Shown: one piece after another, positions 25,556 through 37,593 of the stretch | Layout of the letters: every line of letters starts with the position of its first letter | Numbering within the stretch: the stretch's first letter is position 1 | From: Mobula hypostoma | Taxonomy: Eukaryota | Assembly: GCF_963921235.1 (NCBI RefSeq) | Contig: NC_086118.1 | Coordinates: forward strand, 17,610,001 to 17,674,000 | Reading direction: 5' to 3' | DNA length: 64,000 nt | Program-made: the position numbers and the translations under genes | The notes under the pieces: generated by a model | Seen by the model: only the letters and a program-made list of their open reading frames with translations | What the model was told of the DNA's origin: nothing | The model's database searches: none

Positions 25556-26689
25556 GCGTTTTCTATAATAATTTTGCCTTCATTTTATTCAAGTTGTAAC
25601 ATTGCAAGTTGAAATTAATTTCTTGAGAAAAGAGAAGATTGTGAGGTCCCCTGATAGAGGTGGTTGATAATATGAGAGGAAAATAAAGAAACTGAAGTCC
25701 TGGGAATTGAAATAAAAATGAAAATTGCTGGAAATATTCTGGTAGCATCTGCGGTGAGAGAAACAGTGTTTCAGGTTGAATATGCTTTGTCATCTGGACC
25801 TTTCCCTTTGGCCTCCCACACACTGGAGCAAAATGCAAATGTGACATGTACCATGCTGATTTTACACTCCCTTTGTTTGCTCTGTACTGTACTCAGGTCA
25901 CTAAGGACTCATCCAGATTAAAATGACAACTATGAGGGTTTTAATATGGAACAAGAAAACTCTTTGATGGTAAGGGAGAACAAGTTTCTTCAGTATCCTG
26001 AGGCACAAATTAGCAGTTTCTTGTACTGACTGTGTCTGTAGCATTGGCCCCATCTTATTTAAGAAATGGGATGCCTGCAATGTTTCTCCCAGTTTCAATG
26101 AGATGAGTTAAAATGCAGAGCTGAAGAGCTGTGCAGGTGAGTGAAGAACAAAGGGCAATTTGATGGATACCTGAGGAGAATAGATCAAGGAAAACTAAGT
26201 GGGATTGGAATTTCTCCAAGGGCTGACATAGAAATGTTGGATTAATTAGCTACCTCCTAAAGAAACGGGCGTAACAAGAATGGGAAAGAAGGAACACAGA
26301 ACAATGTGGGTGGGGATATCATGTTGGTAACTTGCTGCAAGTATGGCTGAAGTTGGTCACAATGGCTGGGGGTGCCGGAGGGGAAGTGAGTTGACTGGAG
26401 CTGTTTCGCTTGTGATAGTTGTCCGTTGGTGGGTGTGTGTGTGTGGCGGGGGGGGGGGGGGTGAATTGGTCACCGTTACTGGGGAGGAATTAGTACTACC
26501 TTCTGGGGTGAAGTGAAGCGGGGGAGGGGGTGGACGGGATGGATGGGAGAAGGCTAGAATTGTCTGCAGTTGGGAAATTGGAGAGGGTGAGTTGTCTGCA
26601 GTTTGGGGTTGGTTACAGACGAACGCACTGTGGGGGTGTGTTGAGGTTGGCGGACAAGAGGAGGAAGAATTCCATGCAGTGTAGGGGTT

Positions 26690-26906
26690 GTCGTTGACTA
26701 CAGTTGCCAGGGGTATTGGCTAAAGCTGCCGCTCCCTCTCCTCTCCTCCTCCTTCCAAGCTCCACGTGTCTGAAGAAGCCGTAAACAAGCTCGTTGCCAT
26801 GGACACGACACGCTGAGCGTCTCACTCCGCAATCGAGCTCCGGGACGGGAGGAGTTCGGCCGCCCCGGACACAGGAGACCCGGAGGGGGTGATCTTGAAG
26901 CGAGCA
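26690..26906 (+). promoter_or_regulatory. DNAH9 CpG-rich proximal promoter / 5' UTR with forkhead and RFX X-box-like motifs
   Basis: CpG density rises sharply through exon 1; ATTGG 26715-26719, CACGTG 26763-26768, GTAAACA 26781-26787, GTTGCCATGGACAC 26793-26806. Confidence 0.65.
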
Positions 26907-27254
26907 ATGGGGGAGAGCAGCTCCGATAAGCGGTGGGACTTCCTGCAGGACTATGTGCTGAAGACCATGAAGCTTAAGGCTGATCGCTGGCAGAAGTGTG
27001 TGGGCACAGAGGAGTACCGGCTGACGATCCAGGAGTTCCTGGACAGCAGCGAGCGGCTGGTCCTTGTGGTCTCCCTCAGCCAGGCCGGCCTGCTAATGCC
27101 CAGCCTAGACTTCCCTAACGTTAGCAAGAACAAAGCCGTCTTCTTCGTCAAGCGCCGCAAGGACAAGCTGAACACGGACTCCATGAAGACGAACTTGGTG
27201 TTTGGCGACCTGGCTTCCAGTCCTCTCGAACAGTTCTCAGCTCTGGTCGACGAG
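26907..27254 (+). CDS. DNAH9: Dynein axonemal heavy chain 9-like, coding exon 1
   Basis: gcaATGG Kozak context; 116 codons MGESSSDKRWDFLQDY...KAVFFVKR...GDLASSPLEQFSALVDE; gtaagt donor. DNAH9 is preferred over DNAH17/DNAH11 on similarity and linkage to ELAC2. Confidence 0.88.
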
Positions 27255-27904
27255 GTAAGTCTAAAACAACCACGAGTGGAAAGAGGAAAGGCCTGCCACT
27301 GTAGCCCAGGACACAATGCTTCCTTTTGTGGCAGAGTTCACAACTGGGGTCGTCCCATTAAGCCAGGTTGAAGGGAATTGTTTACCTTTGAGGGTTGTGC
27401 GCTTTTGAATTCTCTTCGCGAAAGGGCTGTGGAGGCATTTTACTTTTTTAAGAACTCGGCGATCCCGCTGTCCAACAGTATAGAAATCCCGTTGGTTCAG
27501 TATCTGGGTTACTGGGAACTGATTATCGGGCTTCCTCTGAACCTAGAGGTTTTCACATCCCATTCTGCCTGAAAACTCGCTCCTACACTCACTGGCGCCT
27601 CCCCTGAAACTCACCTGATTGCTTGGTTCTGTTTCCTTTATTCCTTTTTCTTATGTACAGGTTTCACTATAATACGTATATCTTACTGGCTACCATATTC
27701 AACTGGGGGGAAAAGCACATTAAAAATTGCGGAGTGTAAGATTACCCGATAGTGAGGAAATGGACAGCTGAGGTTTCAAAACGACCATTAAAACGGAAAA
27801 TGCTGGAAGAAATCAGCAGGTCCGGTGTCAGGCAGCTTGTGAACAAATGTTACAGGTTAAAATTCTGGTGAAGGATATCTGACCTGAAATGCTAACTCTG
27901 TTTA

Positions 27905-28062
27905 TAGACCATAAGACATAGGAGCAGAATTAGGCCATCTGGCCCATCGAGTCTGCTCCGCCATTCAATCATGGCTGATCCTTTTTTTTCCTCTATCTCC
28001 GCCTCAACCTCAGTTCATGGCCTTCTCCCTGTAACCTTTGATGCATGTCCAATCAAGAACCT
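27905..28062 (-). mobile_element. Short CR1 3' end within a PLE terminal-repeat remnant
   Basis: agaccataagacataggagcagaattaggcc tail, also seen near 29440, 34490 and 59805. Confidence 0.7.
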
Positions 28063-29179
28063 TAATTTATTTTACCATAGATGTTATCTTACCTGTTGAG
28101 TGTTTCATATTGATGTTAGATATTCAGAATCTGCTCTATTTGATTGATTTTCATTTAAATATCTACAAATTTTTCAGTTAGATATAATTTAGCCATTTAA
28201 TATCTATTTACCGTAATTCCGTTTTTTTCCTATATTATCCTGTACTGCTGCTGCAAAGTTAACAAATTTCAGGACATAGGCAGGCGATATTAAGCCTGAT
28301 TCTGATGATGCTAATCAGTGGTAGAGCAAACACAAAATGCTAAGTAAGTCATTCTTTGCTCCTCTGGTATTTTTCATATTTGTAGTTTTTTGCATTTTTT
28401 CTAATTCAACTCAACTCTACTGTTTGGATCTTCAGGTCCGTATTGCACTGCTTTCTTAAATACACTGTCTGCGTTGAGTATTATCTGATTGATTTAACAT
28501 GTAAATAGTGTAATATTGGTGTTTGATAGTGTCCTGACATGTCTACACAGTCAATTATTTAATAATATCTCATGATTTGCAATGTTGATATGAAAAACAG
28601 TTGGTAGAAAGAATGCAAAAGCCTCGATTAATGGTAAAATGAATTGTATTTACTTAGATAAACTCATTAAGATCATCTGAGAGCTGTTCTGTGCTGTTTC
28701 AAGTTCTCTGATTTATGCAGGTACAATAGATCAGATTTTGTTTCCAGTTGAAGTTTATGTGGAGCATTCTGTTGCTTTCTACGTTTCCAGAAGTAGAAAA
28801 AGCATGTGACAAATCATGACAAATTCTGCTTTTGTTCACATTTGGAAATTCAGGTAGTGTTTTGGATTGACATCCTGCTCATTCCACCCGCCCCCCCCCC
28901 ACTGAAACTGTAACATGGAGAAGAATGTTCTGTGTGAACATTTTATACCAACTAGTGTCATCAAGAATTTGTATGTATTTCATCTGATAAATTAATACAC
29001 CATTCTAACCCATCAATAGAATCTGTAATCTTTTTAAAGTCTTGTTTCTTGAGCCAAAGGAGATGATTAATTTAGTATTAATTTGAGTACTATGCAGTGG
29101 TTCCACCTGTAATACTAAAGTCCAGAATGCAGATTTTAAATTTGTCTGTGATCCCCTCTGCAGATGAGCTTGCAGACAT

Positions 29180-29385
29180 GTAAAGAGCCATCAGAACTGT
29201 CACAGAGGCTGCAGAGTGAGCCTCTGTTTAGTTATGGTTCAAGGGGTGTGACCTGTGGACCAATGCTGCTAGGACACAAACCGGGGCCTGATCAACTCTG
29301 GCTGGGTCACCTGGGCGAGAGTGTCTGATGGTGAAAGACCCAAAACACCCGATGACCCCAGATTACATCAGTAATTATGTACCTC
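29180..29385 (+). mobile_element. Hero-like (restriction-like endonuclease clade) non-LTR element 3' end
   Basis: Clearly homologous to the reverse complement of 56865-57085. Confidence 0.5.
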
Positions 29386-29424
29386 AGCCTCAGTAGGATT
29401 CGTCATGTCTGTACCATGATATTT

Positions 29425-30000
29425 TAGACCACAAGACTGTAAGACATAGGAGCAGAATTAGGCCATTTGACCTATTGAATCTGCTTCGCCCTTTCATCAT
29501 GACTGATCCATTTTTCCTCTCAGCCGCAATCTCCTACATTCTCCCCATATCCCATCATATGCTAACCAAACAAAAATCTAGCAACCTCTGCCTTATTCCT
29601 CAGACTTAACTTCCGCAGCTGCCCGTGGCAACAAATTACACACATTCACCGCTGTAGCTAAAGAAATTCCTCCTCATCTTTGTTCTGAAAGGATGCCCCT
29701 CTACTCTGAGTTGTGTCCTCTGGCCTTAGACACTCCCTCCATTGGAAACATCTTCTCCACTCTATCAAGGCTTTCACCATTCAATAGGTTTCAATGAAGT
29801 CACCCCTCCTTCTTCTGAATTGCAGTGAACACAGGCCCAGAGCCGTCAGATGCTGGCCATTTAAACCTGGAATCAGTTCATGAATCTCCTTTGCATCCTC
29901 TCCAGTTTCAGCACATCCTTTCGAAGATAAGGGGCTCACAATACTCCAAGTGATGCCTCACCAGTGCTTTATAAAGATTGAACATTATATCATTACTTTT
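29425..30000 (-). mobile_element. CR1 3' fragment
   Basis: CR1 tail and RT C-terminus, similar to 34485-35005. Confidence 0.78.
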
Positions 30001-32769
30001 AATGGAGTGATAAAGAAAATTTAGGGAGAGGAATATTTTACAATTGTCCCCAGCAGACTAGATAATGAATATTGTAAATAAGTAAAACATCAGCCAGACT
30101 TCATGAAGTTGCAGGAAGTCTACATTAAGTTAGCTTGCATTTTTGTCCTATGTGGGGTAGTATGTTCCTGATCAAATTAATGTGCATCTAGGGTCCCTAT
30201 AAACTTTGAAACATAAGAGACTTAAAATGCTGGAATCTGGAGCAACAAACAAGATGCTGGAGGGACTCAGCAGATCAGGCAGCACCTGCAAAAGGAAACC
30301 AAAAGTCTATAATTTGGATTGAGATCTTTCATCCTCCCCTCAGCACTACCTTCCCCATTAATGGTATTGCCTGTGGATCCCTCATTAGTCACCACAGAAC
30401 ACACATAACTGCAGCCGAAGTAAGTCATCTTTAATCCTGAGGGAGTGCTAAAAAGAAACCAGATCTGAAATTCTAGTGCAGCGGATGTAAATTCAAAATC
30501 TGCCGGAAACGAAGTTACCTGTTGTTTTGACAGGATGCGCCCACACATCTCTGCCTAAGAAGAAATATGTAACTGAGGAGAAAAGCTATCAAAAAGGATG
30601 TTATTTTACTAATGCTTTGAGCATTACTGCTGGATGGAGGAGCTCTTAGCTCTTGAGCATTATCATGAGAGATGTGAATTTTATTTGTCCTTCCTAACCT
30701 TTTTTCCCAACATAGGAAATATAGAAGTCTTATTGCTGATGCATAATTGTATTCCTTTTGTTAGTTGTATTGGTAAAAGTAATTTGGGTAACTGGTTATC
30801 TATGTGATGACTGTGACCTGATAATAGGATGTCCTGCTCTAGCCATGAGCATTGTCAGGGATGATGAGAAATCCATTTGCAGTGAACACAGCCCAGTGTC
30901 TGCCACAATGAAAATCATTACCAAGAATGCTTTCATTTTCTTTTTTCTTGTGATCAAAGAGCTGTTCCCCAAACTGATGTATGGATTTCGCATTCACAGG
31001 CACAGTGGATGTGATATTCATTTTGCATCAACTCCAAGGAATGTGCTGAGAACAGCACTAATCACTGTCCATGGGTTTTTTGATGTTCTATAAGCCTTGC
31101 CTCTATTATTTGGGGTTAACTGACAGCATTCTTCTTAAATATCACTGGAAATGTTTGTTACCAAATTTCATCTGCTACAGTTCTGTCTTGTAGGCTGTGA
31201 TCTTATCCAAAGGATTCACAACAGATGCAATCACAGCACAGACTTGCGTTAAACAAGGTTGTGTCATCACCCCAGAACAACAGGACTTCATTCCTCGCAT
31301 ATAGTTCATGGTGTAGTAGACAGTGGCGATCTCAACCTTTCTGGATATTTCTGAGTTTGAGATACCCAGTAGCAGGATTGTCAGGCTGCTGGAAATATAC
31401 CACCATTGCTTGTCTGAAGAATGCTCCAAATCCAGAATAACGGAATCAGTGTCAATATCCTTTCTTTGACTACCAAAATCCCCAACAATGAGGTTTTAAT
31501 TATACTCAATTGACTCCTATAAGCAGACCATTTTTCATTAATTTTGCCCAGTCCTAGTACTGGAATCCTGAAACAAACACTCCACACGTTCAGTCAGAGC
31601 AAGTGGTTATCCAGAGAGCAAGAGATCTCCTTGAAAAATGTAACACTCCCACAGATATGTGGAAATGCCTGACCCATGGCTGCTCAAAGTAGACTTGGGA
31701 GCATTTGAATGGTCTTGAAAGTCGGAAGCTCTGTGTAAGCAGAGGAAGGAGAGCACCACCTCCAACATTACCTGCATCGTCAAGTCCTTCACCAGTGGCA
31801 ATCTGCAGGCGCTACATCAGCCTGATTAGCTACCTGAGGATTAATGGAACGGGAGAGAAACCAAGTCATTCTCGAGTGGAGGCACTGCCTGTGCAACCAT
31901 TAGCAGTTGAGAAAAATGAGGAAGGAGGGGCAAACCAGAGGAAAAATTGAGCATTTGTGCTTGATGAGAAAAAGCAGACTCTGTCAGTCCTTTTGGTTTG
32001 TCTTAATAGTATGTTGGAGTTCCTTCAGGGACCGTCAGTACTTTATTTCCTTCTTACACTTTAGACTTCTGTGGTATTTTTATTTCTTGCTTAAGTACTA
32101 CAAAGGTATTTAGCTGCAGGGAGAACTACAGTTTAGTGGAACCATGACAACTTTGATCAGTTTGCAGGAAAATGAATTTGTTTGTTTTTTTTTATGTTCT
32201 TTGTTGTAAAAAAATGTGTATAATTTATGCTTTCCTTGTGAATGTTGCTATGTGTTTCTGATGCCACTGCTAGTAAAGTTCTTATTGCAACCGAGCGACA
32301 TGTATTTGTGCATCTGACAATAACCTTTGAGTGATATTGACTAATAAATTACCAGAAAAGTTGATAACATTGTGTGGATGGTAGAAATCTCACTACCTTG
32401 GGCAGATGGGCCTGGGCAGCCATGGTTGGCAGCTCACCTAGAAGAAGAAAAACTTTGATCTCAAACCTCCGCTGCCTTGTGGCTATACACACTCATGGGG
32501 CAGGATTTGGGAGTAAACCCTCAGGAAAAATCCAGAGCTGTAGTCCCTATGGTGGTTTCATGTTGAGTTCAATGCTGATGGCAACTCCTGCGATGCAGCT
32601 GGCACCGAACTGTATCGGTTTCTGCCATTCTTTGGATTCGTCAGCGTGCTACACGGGTAATAGCTTGCTCTCAATATTGACTGCCCTGGCTTGCATATCA
32701 CATAGACGACTGGGTTGCAACATCACCCTAACCGAACGAGCGCCACAAAAAAAACAATGGGAATAAAAT

Positions 32770-33540
32770 GTTCAGAATCGGTTTATTATCACTGACATAC
32801 TGTATGTTGTCAAATATGTTGCTTGTGGTAGCAGTACTGTGCAAAACATACAAATTACTGTAAGTTACAATACAAAATAAATAGTGCGAAAGAAGAATGG
32901 TGAGGTAGTGTTCATGTACCATTCAGAATTCTGATGACAGAGGGGAAATGTTGTTTCTCAAACATTGAGTGTAGGCCTTCAGGTTCCTGTACCTCTTCCC
33001 CAATGTTAGATACAAATATTCCAAAATCCAAAATGCTTCCGGCCCCGAGTATTTTGGATGATGGATGCTCAATCTGTAGTGAGATGGGGACATGTCCTAG
33101 ATGGTGAGGGTCCTTAATTACAGATTCTGCCTCCTTGAGGCGCCACTTTTGAAGATGTTGTCATTGGTTGGGACAATCATTATTTTTGGCAACGCTCTAC
33201 AGCTCCTTTTGATCCTGCACATTGGAATTTCTATACCAGGTGGTGAATCAGCTAGTCAGAATGTTCACCATCATATATCTGTGGAAATTTGCAAGTGCCT
33301 TTGCTGACATGGCAAATCTCCTCAAACTCCTAATGAACGATAGCCATTGTCTTGCTGCCTTCGTGCTTGTATCAATATATTGGGGCCAGAATAGATCTTC
33401 TGAGATGTTAGTTCCCTGGAGTTTGAAGCTGCTCACCCTCTCCACTGCTGACCTCTCAATGAGGACTAGTGTATGTTCACCTGACATTTTCTTCCTGAAG
33501 TCCACAATCCCTTGCTCTTGCCACTCAACAAGCTGATCTG
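32770..33540 (-). mobile_element. Rex1/Babar-like LINE 3' part
   Basis: DFRK...AVERVSSFKLQGTNISEDL.W...KARQWLSFIRSLRRF...LANFHR and tail aataaaccgattctga; short Tigger/MER2-like piece near 33010-33080. Confidence 0.78.
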
Positions 33541-34484
33541 TCTTGTTTAGGATAGGTGGATTTAAAATTAGTCATGATGTTACTGCGTGAAGAGTTTTAA
33601 ACCAACAGAAGAACTGGATAGCTGCCAGTTTGTTTTGAAACTTATTGCTTGGTAAATTGTGTATTAAGATATCCATAGTTCTGGTGAACTTTATTTGTGA
33701 TGAGGAACAAAGGATTTTTGGAAGACGGGATAGAGTTATATACCAGGTGTAATTACTCATTATACATCTATTGAGTGCTTAGTGAGAGTTTATATGATAG
33801 TGTATTTATTATGATAAAAGGAGTTGTTACCTTTGTTCTCCGTTGCTAAGCTAGTACCTTGGAAAAGGCTGCTGCTTTGACTGTATTGTAATAGTTGCCT
33901 TGTAAACTTTGGCTGCAATCATATTGCTCAAAAGGCTCGTGACCAGAAGCCATAGAATGCAAAGTTCAAGCAACAAGCCAGATTATGGTCATGGATAGAC
34001 TGTTAGGAGGACCATTGCTTATTTTATCATGATAAGAAAGACTAATTATACATTCATGTTTCAGAAGCCAATGAAAGCATTTAACTGGTCTTCCCCGAGT
34101 TCTTGTTCTGACCCAAGGTGTTAATATATTGTCTTATAGGGAATTTAACAACTTTATTTGTGTGAATTACTTGTAAAACTTCAATATGCCTTTGTTTACA
34201 TTTAATGGGGAAGCTTATTATTGCATTGACTGTAGGATTGAAAGGAAATTCCGATAAATTGTGATAAATCAAAATACTACCGATCTTTTTAATGGCGCAT
34301 GTAGTTCATCTATTGATTTAATACTCTAATACAGATATAAACGAGAGCCACGGTGATACCAGGAGAATCCACCAGAAATTGACATTGTTCCTTTGTGCTT
34401 GGGATGATGTGTTAGATTTAGCTGGGGTTCAGGTTTACACAACTGCCCAAGTGTGTTTATGCATCACAGGTCTTTGTTGAGTCC

Positions 34485-35005
34485 AAAAGACATGAGATGT
34501 AGGAGCAGAATTAGGCCATTCAGCCTATCGTGTCTGCTCCACCATTTCATCATGGCAGATCCCGGATCCCAACCCCATACACCTGCCTTCTCGCCATATT
34601 CTTTGATGCCCTGACCGATCAGGAAACTATCAACTTCTGCCTTAAATGTGCCCATGGACTTAGCCTCCTCTGCAGTCTGTGGCAAAGTATTCCACAGGTT
34701 CACTACTCCCTGGCTAAAAAGAAAAATCCTCCTTACCTCTGTCATCCCTCAATTTTGAGGTTGTGCCATCTAATTCTGGATACCCCCACCATAGGAAGCA
34801 TGCTGTCCATTCAACATTCGGTAGGTTTCAATGAGATCCCCATGCATTCTTTTAAGTTCCATTGGGTGCAGGCCCAAAGCTTCCAAACACTGCTCCTATG
34901 TTAACCACTTCATTCCTGGAATCATCCTTGTGAACGGCCTCTGGACTCTCTCAAATGACAACCAATCCTTTCTGAGATATGGGGCCCAAAACTGTTGACA
35001 ATACT
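34485..35005 (-). mobile_element. CR1 3' fragment
   Basis: FFSQGVVNLWNTLPQ...FKAEVDSFL and CR1 tail. Confidence 0.8.
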
Positions 35006-36018
35006 GTCGACATTCAGTATTTCTTTTTTTTTTAAATTCAAATTCAAGTTTGATTGACATTGAACCATTCATGGATACCCATGAATGCAGCCGAATGAAA
35101 CAGAGTTACTCTGAGTCCAAGGTGCAAAACCCAGTACTAACAGTCATACATGACACAAGGTACATATAGCACATATGAGCTAGCACATATAATGTAGCAG
35201 TAAAATATAGAGCACGGATGCCATGCCACACCACATCTGGGCGGCAGCACCACAGCTTGGGGCCCAGTCCTCGCTATGACCAAGGCCACACAGCTCCCTC
35301 ACCATTCGCCAATAATCCAAAGAACTGGACTTGCAGCATTCCACGCCACCAGTATCCGACAAGATCACAAGAAAAGCAACTAAAATGATCACTCACTGTT
35401 AAACTACACACTGTCGCCTCTCTGATGTAGGCAGCAGCAGGATTGACGTCGAGACCAGCTCCTTCAGTTTCCCCACTAACGAGCAGCTCACTGATGGGGT
35501 AGTCCTGATTTCCTTTAAGTTCTTAATATCTAGCAGGATCTTGTGATCATAAAAAAAATACATTCAAAAAAGACAGTAACACTTTTGCTTGACCCCATAG
35601 AAGCCATTTCCTCTGAGTGCACCACCATCTTAGTTATCTTTTGATGGATTTCTGGGTTTTATGTTTGCACCAAGGTAGCATTTAATCTTGTGACTGTTTT
35701 CCACTGCCAGTGGGCATCTGATCAAAAGTATGATCAGAAACTTGTATTTGTGGTTCGGGTGCAGAAATGCTCATAGCTGTACAGAGTGAAAGGCAATACT
35801 GGGACAAGGGAACCTGAGAATTGGGAGGTAGTGATGGGTAGAGCAGAAAGTTTGTTGGAAAGATGTATCTTTGTGCCAGGAGGTGGAGTGACTATTAATT
35901 TCAAAGCTTGGTACACAGCTTATTAAGAATGAATGGTGGAAATGTATACAAATCTAAATACATTTGATAGTGTGGATGATGCTTTGCACAACTCAGTGCT
36001 GTCCATTGTTCTCCCTAG

Positions 36019-36206
36019 GTGGTAGTGCCGGTTTTGGCCAATAGAAGGAATCACAACCAGTGGCCACAGGTTGTGTCCCAAGATGTCGTGCGCCATGTCC
36101 ACAACCTGAGGAGCAAAATCTTTGTCATCATGGGGCAAGTGCAGGGAAAAACTCTGCTGCCTCTGCCAGCAGGAGCAGAGAAAGCTGCTACTGTTTTGCA
36201 CAAAAA
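36019..36206 (+). CDS. DNAH9: DNAH9 exon 2
   Basis: ccctag / gtaagg; 188 nt; VVVPVLANRRNHNQWPQVVSQDVVRHVH...GKTLLPLPAGAEK. Confidence 0.92.
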
Positions 36207-37434
36207 GTAAGGACATTTCTAAGAATGTTTCTTTCTGAATAAAAATCCACTTTCCTTTGTAGATGGTTTCCCTTTCTCAGCTTTAATTGATTCACCTCCT
36301 TTTTGGCATCTCCCAAAATTTTTCTGAAAATAAGTCAGGTTCAGGCTAGATCACCTTCCTTTCCCCTTTAATAAAGTTTCTAATTAGACTCTGCTTATCC
36401 TGACCTACCTATCAATGCCACCTCATGAAGTATTACGTCAAAATATTCCTGGACACACTATGTTGTAACCTCAGTGGAAAATAAGGTCAGGCAGGCGTTC
36501 TTCCCTGCTATCATCAGCCTGGCATTTCTAAACTTACAGAGATGCTCCATCCATTTACTCTACTCTTTAGGGTGAATGTGCTGTGTCTTCTTAGTGCTTC
36601 TGCTGAAGATGAATTAGAAGACTTTGATGCCATTACGAATATATATCATTTAAAATAGCCTTTGTTGCCAAAAGTTAAGATCGCAATACCATGTATTCAT
36701 AAAATACGTTTCTGAGCAAGTAGTTCTACTTCACATTCTCCTGTCTTGATTCATTTGTTCAGGTTATGATAGAATGAGGTTATGCAGATTTGAAATGTCC
36801 TTCAGAGCATCCTTAATTTTAGCTGAGATGGCAAGGAACAATCTGCTGCAGGAACTCAGCAGGTTGAGCAGTATTTGTAGGAGGAAAGGAATTGTCAACT
36901 TTTTAAGTTGAAACCTTGTATCAGGATATCTGATCTTAGCTGTATTTGTTTGGGTGCATCTTCATTCACAGCCAAACAGTTCTGGAAAAGAACCCGCTGC
37001 AAGCTTTGCAGTCTTCCTCGCTGTCCACTACACCCCCAATCTTGGTGTCATCGCAAATTTGCTGATCCATTTTACGATATTATTATCCAGGTCATTGATA
37101 TAGATGATAAACAACAACAGATTCAGCACCGGTCCCTGTGGCACACCATTAGTCACAGGCCTCCAGTTAGAGAGGCTACAATTAAATGAGGCAGACTCTT
37201 TGTCCAAATGGCCTAAAACATAAAATTATTCCAGTATGTCTAACTAAGCATGGTATCGGAAGCCTGTAATAAAAAAAAATTAAATGAGATTTGTAATCTA
37301 TCCTAGGGGCAGGAGATAGACAAGACCACCTTGTCTCTGATCTGGCTGTATTTTCACCAGCTGAAAAATCCAGTTTTGGGATAATAGGTGGAAAGCAAAA
37401 TTATATTTAATACATGTCTCTGATCTTCCTGCAG

Positions 37435-37593
37435 TGGTGATAATGTAGATAAAGGAATTGCACATGTTGTAGAATCGATTATAATTGATTGGAGCCACCA
37501 GGTCAATGAGGTGCTTAAGAGGGACTCATCTGAACCTTTGCTTGCTGGCCACAATCCCAACCCAAATGTGGAACTGGAGTTCTGGAAAAACAG
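37435..37593 (+). CDS. DNAH9: DNAH9 exon 3
   Basis: ctgcag / gtaata; 159 nt; GDNVDKGIAHVVESIIIDWSHQVNEVLKRDSSEPLLAGHNPNPNVELEFWKN(R), start of the dynein heavy chain N-terminal tail domain. Confidence 0.93.

Noticed and set aside
26447..26550. G-quadruplex regulatory element upstream of DNAH9
   Set aside because: G-runs are present, but homopolymer tracts also occur in repeats elsewhere in the window and nothing supports a function.
26889..27371. ORF-track 160-aa protein as a complete gene
   Set aside because: It starts at a GTG upstream of the Kozak ATG and reads through the gtaagt donor at 27255; only 26907-27254 is dynein-like.
29320..29350. Hammerhead-like gtgtctgatgg...aaacaccc in the Hero-like 3' UTR (also about 56914-56942, minus)
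   Set aside because: Neither copy has a full CUGANGA core, and there is no clear helix II or cleavage triplet.
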